Under the pieces are notes generated by a model. That model was not told the DNA's origin. It ran no database searches and saw nothing but the letters and a program-made list of their open reading frames with translations. Both the position numbers and the translations under genes were made by a program. DNA of 64,000 bases from an uncultured Acidobacteriota bacterium (lineage in GTDB: Bacteria > Acidobacteriota > Blastocatellia > RBC074): contig CAWCKY010000004.1 in NCBI GenBank assembly GCA_963796275.1, positions 192,001-256,000 of the forward strand, in the 5' to 3' direction. Shown here piece by piece: positions 32,405-46,207 of the stretch. How positions within the stretch are numbered: position 1 is the first letter of the stretch; the number at the start of each line of letters is the position of its first letter.

Positions 32405-35400
32405 ATGTTAGTGACGAATAACCCGGCTCCCGCCGAAGATCATATCTCCCAGATAACAGCATTGCAGTTGCTGCAAAATCTCGGATACGTGTATCTGCGC
32501 TCGCATGAGGTATATCAGGAAAGGAAATGGGACCGGTCAAATGTCCTGCTCGAAGGTATACTCGAACAGCAATTGCGGCGACTCAACCGTATTAAGTATA
32601 GAGGTGAAATACACGAATTCTCGGAGAGAAACATTCAGGCCGCAATTGATACCATCAGGGATGTTCCATTCGATGGACTCATACACACTAACGAGAAGAT
32701 ATATGACCTGATCAACCTCGGCAAAAGTTTTGAACAAACAATCGGCGGAGCCGCGAGGAGCTTCACGCTGAATTACATCGACTGGGATAATCCTGCAAAT
32801 AATGCTTTTCACGTCGCCGAAGAGTTCGAGATCGAGCGCGCTGGCAGCCGCCAGATATGCCGAGCAGGCATCGTAATTTTCGTGAACGGCATACCGTTTG
32901 TTGTGATCGAATGCAAACATCCTGATGAGAAAGATTCGCTGAATGCGGCCATCTCCCGCCACCTGCGCAATCAGGATAACGAAAATATCCCACGGCTTTT
33001 TCTCTACTCTCAGCTTCTGCTGGCAGTAAGCAACGACGAGGCGAAATACGGGACGACCGGGACTCTGAAAGAGAGCTGGTCGCATTGGCATGAGAAGGCA
33101 GACGATATCTATAAAATCGATAAAGTCGATCATCTTATCAACAGATCGCTCACCAGAGAGCAGAAGGATAAACTCTTTTCGGACCGTTACGCCTATGCCA
33201 GGCGATATTTCGATAATCTCGATCTGGAAGAGAGAGGAGTGAACGAGCAGGACAGAGCGATTTACAATCTCTGCCGCCCCGAACGCCTGATTGAATTGAC
33301 ACGTCAGTTCGTAGTATTCGATGCTGGGGAAAAGAAGCTGGCCCGCTACCAGCAATATTTTGCGGTCAAGAACACATTGATGAGAATCAAGCGGGTAGGC
33401 GCTGAGGGGAAGAGGACGGGCGGTGTAATCTGGCATACTCAGGGTTCGGGCAAAACTCTTACTATGGCGATGCTGGCGAAGGCGATTGTCAGCGAGCGCG
33501 CGATCGCCGATCCGCGCATAGTGCTGGTGACTGACAGCATTGCCCTCGACGATCAAATCCGGGGAACGTTTCAAAACATCGGAGTGGAACCCGTTCACGC
33601 TAAGACTGGCAGGCAGCTGCTCGAACTGCTCGCCAGCGACAACGCGGCCGTTATCATGACCGTGATCGACAAATTCGAGTCGGCGATCAGGGCGCAAGGC
33701 TATCAAAATCCGGCGAACAACATTTTCGTGCTGATCGATGAAAGCAATCGTATCCAATACGGAGATACGTATGCGAAAATGCAAAAGCTGTTACCCAATG
33801 CCTGCTTCATTGGATTCACAGGGACTCCTCTAACAAAACGGGACAAGGATACAGCCGCGAAGTTCGGCGGCATCATCGACGTCTATTCGATCGATCAGGC
33901 AGTAAAAGATAGAACTATTGTTCCGTTACTTTACGAATGGCGAAACATACAGCACGGGAATGAACCGAGTATTTACAGGACCGCCTGGGACATCAGCGAA
34001 CACTTCAGTAAAAACTGGCTGGGAACTCCGTTCAAGGCCCAACTGCTCGCGGATTCAAAGCTCTCCGCCTTGAAATTCAAAAAGTATCTGGACGAGTTCG
34101 GAAAGGTAAGCTCTGAGGTTTTGATCTCAAGCCCCACCACGCGCGAAGGTGATGAGTCTCTCGAGCACGAGGGCGAAGAAATTCAGGCCTTCTGGCAACG
34201 AATGATGGAGAAGTACGGCAGCGAGAAGGAATATAACCGTTCTCTGATCAATGCCTTCAAGCACGGGGAGAAGCCTGAAATAATGATAGTGGTCGATAAG
34301 CTGCTCACTGAATTCGACGAACCTCGTAATACTGTGCTTTACATAGCGCGCAGCCTGAAAGAAAACGCATTGCTACAGGCTCTGGCGCGCGTGAACCGGA
34401 TTCCATGAAGGCAAGGACTTCGGTTATATCATCGATTACTATGGCGATCTGGGCGAATTGAAGGCAGCGGCGGGCACCTCGGAATACGAGCAGGAAGACT
34501 TGATTGGCGTGTTGGTAGACATCAGTGATGAAGCGGCGCGACTATCTGAACGGCATGCAGAATTGTGGGATATTTTCAACAAGATCGATAACCCGCGAGA
34601 CGATGAATCGGTCGAACAATTTCTGGCTGATGAAGTCATGCGCGCAAGCTTTTATACGAAGTACTCGGCATTCAACCGCACGATGGGCGTGGCCGTCTCG
34701 AGCGTGAAATTTATGAGCGAGACCCCGCCGGAATTGCTCGATCGATATCAGCGAGATTTGGTCAATTTTCAGAGTCTTCGCGTAAAGGTGAAGCGGCGTT
34801 ACGCCGACCAGATCGATTGCGGCGAATTTGAGTCCAGGGTGCAGAAGCTCATCGGGACATCTGCAGATTCGAGCGAAGGGCTGCAAATTCTCCCTCTGAT
34901 AAATATCTTCGAGATAGAAAAATTCAATTCAGAGCTTGAAAACCTGGCGGCGGAAGCTGCCAAAGCCGACACAATCGCCTACCGTACGAAAAAGACGATT
35001 GTCGAGAAGATTGGTGAAGACGAGAATTTCTATCGCCGCTGCTCGAAGAGCCTCGATGAGTTGATTGAGGGATGGCGTGATAAGCGCATCTCGGACGCCG
35101 ATTATTTAAATACGGCGATTGGTATAATGAATTCGGTGAGAGACCGCACAGGTCATAATATTCCGGATGAATTGCAAAATAGCGGTCAAGCCAGTGCGTT
35201 CTTCGGCATAATCAACGATGCGCTCGCCCGGTACTCGCTCCCGGAGAATGTTTCGGTTAGGGCCGCTCTAAAGATAGACAAAATCATTCAGGAAAACATA
35301 GTCGTTAATTGGACTGCGAACCAGGACGTGCAGAATCAGATGAAAAATCAGATAGAGGATTATCTCTATGCGATGAAAGAATTTCACGGCATCGGTCTCA

Positions 35401-35468
35401 GGCCTGACGAGATGGATATTATTTTAGATAGGGCAATAGAGATAGCAAAAACCAGATACTCACAATAA
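32405..35468 (+). pseudogene. hsdR: Type I restriction subunit R, frameshifted near 34403 and with degenerate motifs
   Basis: VNGIPFVVIECK, WHTQGSGKT, DESNR, GFTGTP, QALARVNR; removing one base gives HEGKDFGYIIDYYG and joins ORF 34458-35468 (DUF3387-like tail). Confidence 0.85.
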
Positions 35469-35750
35469 AAAGGATGAGACAGAGAGTTCTTTGTTATCTC
35501 AACTCCGGGCGAAATCAGCCTTACCATCCCGCTTTAATTTGGCAGGCAAAATCGAAACAATGAAGATTGGTGCGGTACAGGGCCCTAAGCAGCGTAAGCG
35601 ACAATGAGCCTTGTTATTTTCACGCCCGAAGTCGCAGGACGCCGGCGCGTCTCTGAAATCTCGAGGAAAAATCCGCAAAAAAAGAGGGAAGCTGGTAGGA
35701 AACTAAAAAGGCGTCTCAAAGTGACGCCTGCAGATCAATCAATGATTTGA

Positions 35751-35829
<79 letters not shown>

Positions 35830-35906
35830 ATGCACTTAATGCAATATTTATGCGACACAACGCTGTGTCAAACAACTTACTTTGTATGACAGTAGTGTGG
35901 CAGTGT

Positions 35907-36104
35907 TCAAAAATCAGGCGAAAGAATGCTTTCGAATCTAATCGCAGTCTGAGTCTGCATATTAGGCAACACGTGAGAATAAATTTCAAGAGTCAAAGTG
36001 ACTGTTGAATGTCTTAAACGCTCGTTGACTACTTTAGGATTCTCGTCAGCGAGCAAGAGCAAGGTTGCGTGCGTATGTCGCAGATCGTAAAGAGAGAGTG
36101 TCAT
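35907..36104 (-). pseudogene. C-terminal remnant of a tyrosine integrase
   Basis: YDLRHTHATLLL...KVVNERLRHS...TLEIYSHVLP (boxes II/III with catalytic Tyr); only 65 aa. Confidence 0.8.
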
Positions 36105-36470
36105 AAAGATTGTGTGTAGAAATATCTGACACCCTTAGCGCAAGTGCACCAATCAACGAGAATGAAGCTGAGCATCGAAGTGTTGCCTTAGCTGTACATT
36201 CAACAAGATAATCCACACGCCATATTCTTTGATATTCTGTCTTCTCTATCGATTAACCAGCTACAGTTAAAATACCTCTCGGCAGCAGAGCGACCGCCGT
36301 GGATATATGATTAGGTAGCTGGTTAATGCTTATTAGATTCTGAATAGGTTCTCACATCTTGATTTGAATCTGACTGAAGATTAAAATGATTGCCTGTCTT
36401 CACCCCGCAATCCAGCATTTTGCTTTAGTGAATGCTTACAACCTCAACAATAGCAGTATTTGACAATTAA

Positions 36471-37049
36471 ATGGAGGCTTGTATGACAATGTTTAGCCGT
36501 GCACTGTTTCTACTTTGTCTATCAATCTTCACGCTAGCTCCAGTTTCACAAACTCCAAGAACCTATAAGATTCACGATCTTGAAAATATTCAGACAGTTT
36601 TAAAGGAAGTAATAGAAATCCAGAATATCGAGAAGCTTCAATCTGATAAGTTTCCTGAAGATTTTGAAATAGAAGTCAAAAACATATCGAAGAAGCCAAT
36701 CTACTTTGTTGACATAGTGGTTATCTTTCGCGGGCCAGCTTTAATAGGATCAATCCCTATTGGATTCAGAGTAGGTTTTGGTGACGGGAAGCTTATAGAC
36801 ATCGATAATCGTCCAGGTCCAACAGATATTCCAATCAACCCTGGTGAGACAGGTATACTGAAGCCTTATCCTGCGAACGTGAATAGCGTTCGCAAGTTTT
36901 TAGAAAACAGACTAGGCAGCGATAATGTCGAGAATGCGTTGAGTAGTGTCGCTCTATCATTCCAAGTAATCAGTTTTGGAGATGGAACTGGATACATTGC
37001 AGGACAGGCATATCCATCGAAAAAGGGATCACAAGGCTTCACCAGATAG
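36471..37049 (+). CDS. Hypothetical exported protein (AT-rich)
   Basis: 192-aa ORF with a signal peptide; EIEVKNIS.KPI and VISFGDGTGY motifs. Confidence 0.6.
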   Translation: MEACMTMFSRALFLLCLSIFTLAPVSQTPRTYKIHDLENIQTVLKEVIEIQNIEKLQSDKFPEDFEIEVKNISKKPIYFVDIVVIFRGPALIGSIPIGFRVGFGDGKLIDIDNRPGPTDIPINPGETGILKPYPANVNSVRKFLENRLGSDNVENALSSVALSFQVISFGDGTGYIAGQAYPSKKGSQGFTR

Positions 37050-37166
37050 TGAAATTTCATGAAATTAGCCTGTTGATGACGTTTTAAGTGTCGAACCCTG
37101 AAGTCAATAATATTTATAAAAAAGCGTCGCATCATCGCGATTGCGTGTATCTTGCTGCCGACTGAT

Positions 37167-40044
37167 TTATTTATTGCTCTTGTATCTACGCAATTTCGGA
37201 TAGCAGGCGCCGAATACCAGAATCGCCATACCAATACCCGAATAAATTGCCCCTCTGCGAAAACTGGGCGCTTCATATACAAATGATATTGAATGTTCTC
37301 CCGGAGGTACCATGAGTCCACGCAGAGTGTGATCTACACGGTATAATGGCCTCTTAACACCGTCCACCTGCGCAATCCAGCCGGGGTAATAGACTTCGCT
37401 CAAAACAAGGAATCCGGGTTTTTGATTGCGCGTTCTCACCTCAATTCTCTGAGATTCGTATCTTGTGACCGCCACATCTGAATCGATCCTGCCGATGGAA
37501 GAAAAAAGATCGGTCTCCTCCGGACTGAAGCCCTCCTTCTCTATCAGTGCGGTCTCTGCTGGATCGAATTGTTGTCCATCGCGCGTTTTTCCTTGCCTGA
37601 TTGTTTGCAGTATTTCGTCACCAGGTATCGCCAACATCTTATTAACGAACCATGCCCTCGGCATCGCTTTTATATTCTGATAAATATCTACCTCGCCGAA
37701 ATTCATAAGCTTTTGCCATCGCTCCGGCGGTAGGTTTACTGTATCCAAGGAAATGGACAACCCGATTTTGGCATCAAATAAGGATGCTCCCCTTATTTGA
37801 ATCATCGCATCCGGTCTGAGATAGTCCATCTCGACCCGAACTATCTCCGTTCTATCAAATGGAAGCCTCGCCAGATAGTTATGGCCTTGAAATCCGCCCA
37901 TCTCGTCACTTACGAACCAGCTCTCGGCCAAACGCGCGCGCGCGTGCTTGATCCGGGCATTCACATCCGGACGATCAAATGCCCATTCAGACGAATCGCG
38001 CCCGGCCTGCAACTCGCGCTCAAATACTTTCCCATCTTTCGTGTGAAGCTTAAATTTTACGATAGGTGTGCCATCGTCAATGTGAACCGAGTCAATCAAA
38101 CCTGAAACTATTGCCAATTCCGTGGCAGTAGTTTCTTTCACACCCATCTCGTGATGATCGCCCGGCTTCAGAAACAGATCGATCGGTATTAGGCGGAACC
38201 GCACTCCATCATAGACCCTGCCCTTCCCTGCTTCCAGAGGCACCCCACGATCCGTAAATAGATATTTAATATTGAACAGATTGAGACCTTGATCTGTCAT
38301 ATTAAAAACGCCGGTCTGTTGTATTACGCCAAGCTGGCTGATTTCACCCATCACCTCCGCGGGACGCCTCAGCTGCAACATCTCACAGCCAGCTGCGCTC
38401 TGTAACCCTCGGGCGATCGAGTTATTCGGGTGATTTAGCAAATCATAATTCCCAGCGAAGGGCTCCGCGGTGTAGGTCAGGACTCGAAATGAATTCAGGT
38501 CCGCCTCGCGAGTTTTGATATATTTCACAGTCGGGGGGTCCCCGAGTCGGTCAGCCACGCTGAAGGTGTAACTGCGCCAGTCCAGAAAATGTCCATAAGA
38601 CGCGAGATCGGCCAGTAGAACCGATACGAGAAGTGCGGCGGAACTCAATGTGCGGCGCCGCGCATAATTCCACAATACGACAACACTCAAGGAGAAGAAT
38701 ATAAGCGGAACTAAAATCTCCGGATTTGTTATTGAATAGCCTTGCGCGGGCCGGGGAGTAGCGGTTTCAAAATACCGCAAGCCGAAAATATAGATTGATG
38801 ATGTTATAACCACGAAGATTATCATCGCCGCCACGCCAGCCCTGAATGCCCTGCTTGCCTGTTTTAAATCACTCTGTCCCAAGTAATTCACTCCCATACC
38901 GGCAAGGACGGCCAAGGCAAAGGTGAATTCAACCATATGGCGAAATGATGCCCGAAACAGATTATAAACAGGTATCTGATATAACAATTTGTTCAGTCCG
39001 AATGGCAGGAAAGATCCGATGGAGAGCGTAAACGAGAGGATGACAACACCTACCCAAAACCATAGTAACGATTGCTTACGTAACCCGGCCACTGCCACAA
39101 TTGCGAGCAATAAAGCCAGCATCCCGACATAACCACAGGTAACATAGATACCCACATCCCCCCAGTATGAAATATGATAAGGAGATACTTGACCCACCCC
39201 CATAAAAGTATGGGAATACCAGGGCCGGAAGCTGAGGCAGCGGAAAGGAGTACTCCGCAAAATGCTCGTAATCGAGTTTCGCTCGCCCCCCCAACAGTTG
39301 CAATTCCCGCAGCGGTAGCAACTGGACAGCTGAGAGCAGGGCGCCGCATATGGCCATAACAGATACACCAAGTACAAACCTACTCCGTGGTTGCTGTCTA
39401 TCTCGCATCAGTGCTGAGAAGAGGAAATAGGCACCGCCCACCAACACCGTATACCACGTTATCTGCGGCACTCCGGCGAAAAATTGCAATGCTATGAAGA
39501 TAGCTCCCAATACTACCCAGCGCCACGAAAACCTTTTGTACAACTTTTCAGTCGCTAACAAGATCCACGGCATCCACGCGGCTGCAGCGATGGTGGATGC
39601 CTGCCCCATCGCCGACACAATGAACCCGCCGAAGGTAAACGCCACGCCGGTAACAATCGCGCCGGCTCGATTTATCCCGATAGCCCGGGCATAGCGATAA
39701 GCGCCGGCGAGCGCTATTTGATAGGTCGTGATTACTACGATGTTTACTGCGACGCCGGGCGGGAGTAACCCGAACAACCAGTTGGGCGGGTAGAGTGCGC
39801 CGGTATAGATTTCAGCCAACAACGGCATACCGCCGAATATATGGGGGTTCCATAACGGAAATACTCCTTGCGCAATTGACTGACCCAACGCGATGTGTAG
39901 GCCGAGGAGGTCCGTCCATCCATCGCCCTGCACCAATGTCACAGTGCCCAGGACCGCAGGATACAGATAGATCAACGGCAGAAGAATAATAATCAGTGTG
40001 GAAAGATTACGCCCGGAAAGAAGGCGAGGTATCGTTGGCGCCAT
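37167..40044 (-). CDS. YfhO-family membrane glycosyltransferase-like protein; frameshift near 39190
   Basis: PLWNPHIFGGMPLLAE...YPPNW N-terminus (ORF 39076-40044); AMPRAWFV and LVLSEVYYPGWIAQVDG...VPPGEH C-terminus (ORF 37167-39377). Confidence 0.85.
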
Positions 40045-40165
40045 AATTTTACGAATTAAATCCAGTCAAGTAAGTTTTAGGATTGCTCAGGGCCGCCACA
40101 TTACTTCCCGATGAGGGGTAGAAGAAATATATTTCGAAATGACAAATGCGGGAGTATTGCCCAAT

Positions 40166-42004
40166 TCAGTCGGCTATCGTCCTGCTCAATTCACGCGCCT
40201 GTTCTTTGTACTGCAGCATATAGAGTTTGTAATATATTCCGCGATTCGCAAGCAGCTCCTGATGGTTTCCCATCTCGCGGATCTTCCCCTTATGAAGGAC
40301 GATAATATTGTCTACCCTTTGAATTGTCGATAGACGGTGCGCGATTATGATTGATGTTCTCCCCGCCATCACCCTTTCGATCGCCCCTTGAATCAGCTGC
40401 TCGGTCTCCGTATCGATACTCGATGTCGCCTCGTCCAGGACCAGGATGCGCGGATCGAAGGCCAGAGCGCGGGCGAACGAAATCAACTGTTTCTGTCCCA
40501 CCGAAAATCCGGCTCCGCGTTCTCTCACCTTCGTCCGATATCCCTCCGGCAACTGCTCGATGAAGTTACTCGCATGGACTTCGCCCGCTCCCCATTCAAT
40601 CCGATCGTCGGCTATCGTCCTGTTCCCCAAACGAATATTGCTCGCTATATCGCCCGAGAACAAGAATACATCCTGCAGAACGACGGCGAAGTTCTCGCGC
40701 AGTTTTCGCAGATCCCACAGGCGAATATCGAGACCGTCGAGCAATATTTGACCGCGTTGAATCTCGTAAAAACGCATCAGCAGGCTCGTGATCGTGGTTT
40801 TCCCCGAGCCCGTATGACCGACCAGTGCGACCGATTCACCCGGTTCAACAGTAAACGAAACATCTTTCAGTACCCAGTCTTCATCCTGATAAGCAAACCA
40901 GACGTTGCGGAATTCGATTCTACCAAGCGCGCGCGCTCCGGTGACGGGAAGTTGCGGGACCGCCGGCGACTCGATCTTATCCGGTGTGTCGAGCAATCTG
41001 AAAATACGCTCGCTCGCGACCACGGCGGCCTGGAAGATATTGAACTTGTCGCTGATGTCCTGAATCGGTTGCCATAACCTCTGCGTGTACTGAAGGAAAG
41101 CCACGAGCGTGCCCACGGTGATGGCGTTTTGAATCACCTGCCCGCCCCCGTACCAGACGATCGCCGCGATCCCGATGGCCGATATCAGGTTCACTAACGG
41201 ATAGAAGACCGCGTAATAAAAGATCGTATCGATATTGGCCTGTCGATATGAGGCATTGATCTCCGAGAATTGATTGAACGCTTTCTCTTCGCGATTGAAG
41301 AGCTGCACCGTCTGAGCGCCGGAGATGTGTTCCTGTGTGAAGGCGTTCAATCGGGCGATCTTAGTCCGCACCTGTCTGAATCCTTCGCGCGCGCCTCGCC
41401 GAAACCATGCGGTCGCCGCAATCAGCAACGGCACGACCAACAGCGAAACGATGGCGAGTCTCCAGTTGAAGTAGAACATCATTCCCAGAGCACCCGCGAT
41501 CAGCACTATGTCGCCGAGCACTTCGACCATGCCCGAGGTGAATAGCTCGTTGAGCGAGTCGACATCGGTGGTCAGCCTGGTAACCAAACGCCCGACGGGA
41601 TTCTTATCATAGAATGCCAGTTCTACAGTCTGCAGTTTGTCGAATATCTGATCTCTGAGGTCGAACATCACGCGCTGACCGATCGTGTTGAGCAGCACAT
41701 CCTGAAAATATCCGATGCAGAGCGTGACGAGCAATGAAATGAAGTAAACGGCAGCAAGCAGCGTGATTCCATGGAACGCGTCATCGAATCGCATCGCGCC
41801 GTCAGTCGCCGGAGTCACATAATCGTCGATCGCCCACTTGGTCAGCAACGGGCCGACCTGCCGCACGAGGTTCACTACGATGGTCAAGCCCAAAGCTATG
41901 AGGACCAGGTGCTTGTAAGGCGCGAGGTAGCGGGTGAGCCGCCGCGCGGTTCTCGTATCGTAGGGTTTACCCAGTTGTTCTTCTTCGTGGTGATCGGATG
42001 CCAT
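40166..42004 (-). CDS. ABC exporter permease/ATPase (MdlB-like half)
   Basis: TMD plus [29 protein letters not shown]; start MASDHH. Confidence 0.92.
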   Translation of the reverse strand: MASDHHEEEQLGKPYDTRTARRLTRYLAPYKHLVLIALGLTIVVNLVRQVGPLLTKWAIDDYVTPATDGAMRFDDAFHGITLLAAVYFISLLVTLCIGYFQDVLLNTIGQRVMFDLRDQIFDKLQTVELAFYDKNPVGRLVTRLTTDVDSLNELFTSGMVEVLGDIVLIAGALGMMFYFNWRLAIVSLLVVPLLIAATAWFRRGAREGFRQVRTKIARLNAFTQEHISGAQTVQLFNREEKAFNQFSEINASYRQANIDTIFYYAVFYPLVNLISAIGIAAIVWYGGGQVIQNAITVGTLVAFLQYTQRLWQPIQDISDKFNIFQAAVVASERIFRLLDTPDKIESPAVPQLPVTGARALGRIEFRNVWFAYQDEDWVLKDVSFTVEPGESVALVGHTGSGKTTITSLLMRFYEIQRGQILLDGLDIRLWDLRKLRENFAVVLQDVFLFSGDIASNIRLGNRTIADDRIEWGAGEVHASNFIEQLPEGYRTKVRERGAGFSVGQKQLISFARALAFDPRILVLDEATSSIDTETEQLIQGAIERVMAGRTSIIIAHRLSTIQRVDNIIVLHKGKIREMGNHQELLANRGIYYKLYMLQYKEQARELSRTIAD

Positions 42005-42092
42005 AGAGATAATTGAGAATTGAGAATTGATAATTGATAATTCAGGTAAAGCCTGACAGCAATCTATCCTAACTATCAAATATCAATTCCCA

Positions 42093-43907
42093 TTAACTAG
42101 CCGCCAATTCCTCCTCCAACAATTGCCGCTCATATAAATCGGCATATGCTCCCTCCAGTAACATCAACTCATCGTGTGTCCCGCGTTCCACTATTCGGCC
42201 GTGGTCGAGGACACATATCAGATCTGCGTCTTTGACGGTTGAAATCCGATGCGCGACGATGAGCGTGGTGCGCGATCGCATAACCTCGCGCAGTCGCGCG
42301 AGAATCTTCTCTTCTGTGTAAGTGTCCACCGCGGACAGCGAATCATCGAGAATCAAAATTCTCGGGTCGCGCATGACCGCGCGCGCAATCGCCGTTCGCT
42401 GTTTCTGCCCGCCCGAGAGCGTTATCCCGCGCTCACCCAGAATCGTTTGATATTTTTTCGGAAAGTCTTTCACATCATCGGCGAGACCGGCGACCTCGGC
42501 GGCCCGTTCGATTTTCCATTCCCGCTCAACCCCATCGTGCGAATTATTGTTGACTCCGAAAGCGATGTTCTCAGCCAGCGTTTCACTAAAGAGAAATGTC
42601 TCCTGCGGCACATAGCCTATCTCCTCACGCAGTTGCTTCAGTGGAATATCGCGAATCGGTCTGTCATCGATAAATATCATGCCCGGGGCGGCATCGAGCA
42701 GCCGCGGTATCAGGTTCATCAACGTCGATTTGCCGGATCCGGTTCGGCCGATGAATGCGACCGCCTGTCCGGGCTCGATGACGAGGTCAATATCGCTCAA
42801 TACCGGCGCAGAGTCGGGAGCGAAAGCGAACGTCATATTGCGGAATTCGATCTTGCCTCTGATCCCCTCGACGAGGTCTCCCGATCGGTCGCGGTATTGC
42901 GCCGGCTTGACGATTGGCGAGTCGGCAATGGCCGGTTCAATCTCCAGAATCTGAAACATTCTTTTCAGACTCGCCGTGCCGCGCTGCACCATATTGGTGA
43001 CGTAACCCATCGCGATCAGCGGCCAGATCAATTGTTCGAGGTAAAGGTTGAATGCCGTAAATTGGCCGAGAGTGATCCGTCCCTGCGCTGTTTCCCTTCC
43101 GCCTATCAGCAGTATCGCGACGAAACCGAGGCCTATAAAAAACTGCAGGAGCGGGCGAAAGACTGCAGACAGCTTCACCAGACTGATGTTGCGGTCGACG
43201 TACTGCTGATTCAAACGAGCGAATTCCTCCCGTTCGGCATGCTCCTGCGCGTATGCGCGCACTACTCTAACTCCCGTCAGGTTCTCTTGTGCCCGCGCCG
43301 TGATATCTGCAAAGAACTCTTGAATTCTCTCGAAACGCACATGAATTTGATGGCCGAAGTATTTCACGGTCAGAGAGACGAACGGCATCGTCAGCAACAG
43401 AATCCAGGTGAGTTTGACGCTGATCTGGAACATGATCGGCAGAATGATCAACACCCGGAAAAGGGTCTGTTCGCTGTACATTATCGCCGGGCCGGCAATC
43501 TGACGCACCGCACCTAGATCGTTGGTCGCGCGCGCCATGAGGTCGCCCGTGCGGTGCCCCTGGAAGAACGCGAGTGGAAGTTTTTGCAGATGACCGTAAA
43601 AATCCTCGCGCAGATCGTATTCGATGTAGCGCGACATATTTATCAAGGTGCGCCGCTGAAGATAGAGGAATATGCCGCTGATAATGCTTGTGCCGAGAAT
43701 GATCAGGACCGATCGCAGAAGCTTCTCATAAGTCACACCGCTGGCCATCAGGTCGTCAATCGCGTGCCCCACGTAACGCGGGACGAAAACTCCGAAGACT
43801 ACTGAAATGAGCACAAAAAGTGTGCCAAAGATCAATCGCCAACGATACTTTTTGAAATAGTAGACCAGCCAGGCCAGGCTACTCTCGAATTTAATGTTCC
43901 TGCTCAA
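42093..43907 (-). CDS. ABC exporter permease/ATPase (MdlA-like half, degenerate Walker B)
   Basis: [27 protein letters not shown]. Confidence 0.92.
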   Translation of the reverse strand: MSRNIKFESSLAWLVYYFKKYRWRLIFGTLFVLISVVFGVFVPRYVGHAIDDLMASGVTYEKLLRSVLIILGTSIISGIFLYLQRRTLINMSRYIEYDLREDFYGHLQKLPLAFFQGHRTGDLMARATNDLGAVRQIAGPAIMYSEQTLFRVLIILPIMFQISVKLTWILLLTMPFVSLTVKYFGHQIHVRFERIQEFFADITARAQENLTGVRVVRAYAQEHAEREEFARLNQQYVDRNISLVKLSAVFRPLLQFFIGLGFVAILLIGGRETAQGRITLGQFTAFNLYLEQLIWPLIAMGYVTNMVQRGTASLKRMFQILEIEPAIADSPIVKPAQYRDRSGDLVEGIRGKIEFRNMTFAFAPDSAPVLSDIDLVIEPGQAVAFIGRTGSGKSTLMNLIPRLLDAAPGMIFIDDRPIRDIPLKQLREEIGYVPQETFLFSETLAENIAFGVNNNSHDGVEREWKIERAAEVAGLADDVKDFPKKYQTILGERGITLSGGQKQRTAIARAVMRDPRILILDDSLSAVDTYTEEKILARLREVMRSRTTLIVAHRISTVKDADLICVLDHGRIVERGTHDELMLLEGAYADLYERQLLEEELAAS

Positions 43908-44022
43908 TGTTCAAACTCTATGAAGACATCAATGATCCCACCACCCGAATACGATTCTACTGATGATTCGCCGTCACCTCAACCTTGTGATCTGCTCGTG
44001 GCGCTTGTAGCCTGTTAATCTG

Positions 44023-44658
44023 ATGAATAAACTGACAATTTTTAATCACATCGTCGAAGAGGCCGCTACTTGTATCATTTGCGAACGACTACGCGAACGC
44101 AAGGCAGTGCTCAGCCACCTCAACGGCTCCATCAGTCCGCGAGTAATGTTCATCGCGGAAGCCCCGGGGCGAAATGGGGCCGACCGCACGCGCATCCCAT
44201 TCCACGGAGACACTTCGGGCGAAAACTTCGAAATATTACTCAAATCAGCCCAGCTCACACGCGATGAGATTTTTATCACCAACAGTGTTATGTGTAGCCC
44301 GCGAAAGGCCAGCGGGGCAAATGACAAGCCGAAGCGCACCGAGATTCGCAACTGTTCGGGCTTTCTGCGTCGGCTGATCGAGACCATCGACCCGCCGGTA
44401 ATCGCCACCCTTGGGGCCGTCGCGTTGGATTCGCTGAGGTTGATCGAGCCACACGATTATCGATTGCGCGAGCACGCGGCACAGGTATTGAAATGGTATG
44501 GTCGCGTGCTCGTTCCGCTCTATCACCCCAGCCCCCAGGTAATTATCACCGTTCGGCCATTGGAGCAGCAGAAGCGCGATTTTGGTGCGTTATTGGGAGC
44601 AATTGAATCAGTACCGCGAGCGGTAGCGAGCGACTCTCAACCAAAGATCGATCGATAG
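44023..44658 (+). CDS. udg: Uracil-DNA glycosylase (family 4/5-like)
   Basis: CxxC, FIAEAPG, ITNSVMC.P, EIRNC, LYHPSP. Confidence 0.85.
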   Translation: MNKLTIFNHIVEEAATCIICERLRERKAVLSHLNGSISPRVMFIAEAPGRNGADRTRIPFHGDTSGENFEILLKSAQLTRDEIFITNSVMCSPRKASGANDKPKRTEIRNCSGFLRRLIETIDPPVIATLGAVALDSLRLIEPHDYRLREHAAQVLKWYGRVLVPLYHPSPQVIITVRPLEQQKRDFGALLGAIESVPRAVASDSQPKIDR

Positions 44659-44775
44659 AGACTCGATCGCTACCGCTCGCGGCTCTACTGTAATCTTTTG
44701 CCACTAAAAATTCTTTTCAACGTTTAACGAACCAGCCGAGTAGTTATAGGTGAGCACGCGAGGAGGATTAAAACT

Positions 44776-45435
44776 GTGTCGGGCGATGTTATGAAGATCG
44801 CACTGATGGCTGATAAATTTGGATCGGTTGGCGAACCAGCGGATGAAGCCATATTGTCATTAATGGCACGCGCCCGGGCCGGCGATGCGGCGGCATTCGA
44901 TCAGATCATCGTCAGCCAGCAGCACAGGGTGATTGCGCTCGCGTGGCGGCTGCTGGGCAACCAGGACGACGCGCGCGATGCGGCGCAGGAAAGTTTCCTG
45001 CGAATTTATAAAAACCTCAACAAGTTCGACCCGACCAGGGATTTCTCCGGCTGGCTCTACCGTATCGTCGTCAACGTCTGCCATGACATCGCGCGCAAGC
45101 GCAACCGAATCGATAATGCCTCTCTCGAAGCCGAATTCGAGGCAGGTAAGCTCAGAGAACCCGCGAGCGCTCACGATACAGAAACCGCTGCGATGCTCTC
45201 GCAGGAGCAGGCGCTCATCGCTCGCGCCCTCGCGAGTTTGACCGAGAGAGAACGCGCGGCCATCGTGCTACGCGATTTCGAAGGTTTGTCGACCGAGGAA
45301 GTTGCGCGGATTTTAGGAACGAGGCCGGCGACTGTCAGATCGCAAATCTGTTCGGCGAGATCGAAGATCAAGGCATTCAGAGATCGCTGGCTGAAAAATA
45401 AGACGCGCAAAAGCGCGCAGCAAGACCCCATATGA
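44776..45435 (+). CDS. ECF RNA polymerase sigma factor
   Basis: DARDAAQESFLR, FSGWLYRIVVN, region 4 LTERERAAIVLRDFEGLSTEEVA; GAGGAGG RBS. Confidence 0.92.
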   Translation: MSGDVMKIALMADKFGSVGEPADEAILSLMARARAGDAAAFDQIIVSQQHRVIALAWRLLGNQDDARDAAQESFLRIYKNLNKFDPTRDFSGWLYRIVVNVCHDIARKRNRIDNASLEAEFEAGKLREPASAHDTETAAMLSQEQALIARALASLTERERAAIVLRDFEGLSTEEVARILGTRPATVRSQICSARSKIKAFRDRWLKNKTRKSAQQDPI

Positions 45436-46187
45436 ACTGCACACACATCAATAGACTGATCCCGCTTTACGTTAGCGGAGATTTAAATCCGCAAGAGATT
45501 AACGGCGTGCGAAAGCACATCGAAACGTGCGAGCTATGCCGCGACCTGGTAGCTGAGTTCGAAGAGAGTCAGAGCTGGCTGCGCGATTTTTCTTCGCCAC
45601 TGTTCGATGATGCGGTTTTTGACAATCTGCGTAATGCGATCCGAGAAGAGATCGCCCGGGCAGGGTCCAGGCCGTCGTTATTCGAGCTGCTGCCGCCCAT
45701 CTGGAATTGGCGGTCTGTGATCGCGGCTTCATCGGCAGTGGTGCTATTGACTGCGGGTTTATTGCTTTATACCGGCCAGCCAAAATCGCCGGAAAAGCCA
45801 CTCATAGTGAATGAGGAAACAGTTCCCGTTCCAAAAGTTGTGACTGAACAGAACCATCGAGATGTCATCGACATAGGCGAGCAACGGCATTCCGACCGGC
45901 AGAAGTCGGCCGCATCTCATCGCACGCATCACTACCCGGCTCCTTTGGTAGTCAATACGAAATATGAGACACAACTGCCGGTTCTTGGAGTTATCGCTTT
46001 AAATAACCACTTCATAGGGCGTCATTTGGGTATCGAAGAGCGCGCGCTTCCGTCTCAATCCGATATTACATTGGACCGGAATGAGGATCGAGAGATGCTG
46101 AGGATTGAGATGCAAACTGCCGATCCGAATATTCGGATAATCTGGTTCGTTCCGAAGGATGATACGACACCAACATTTAGTCATTGA
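45432..46187 (+). CDS. Zinc-finger (zf-HC2) anti-sigma factor
   Basis: MNC...HIETCELC (HxxxCxxC), one TM; 4-bp overlap with the sigma gene. Confidence 0.85.
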   Translation: MNCTHINRLIPLYVSGDLNPQEINGVRKHIETCELCRDLVAEFEESQSWLRDFSSPLFDDAVFDNLRNAIREEIARAGSRPSLFELLPPIWNWRSVIAASSAVVLLTAGLLLYTGQPKSPEKPLIVNEETVPVPKVVTEQNHRDVIDIGEQRHSDRQKSAASHRTHHYPAPLVVNTKYETQLPVLGVIALNNHFIGRHLGIEERALPSQSDITLDRNEDREMLRIEMQTADPNIRIIWFVPKDDTTPTFSH

Positions 46188-46207
46188 TCGAGACCAAGGG
46201 AGAAGCT

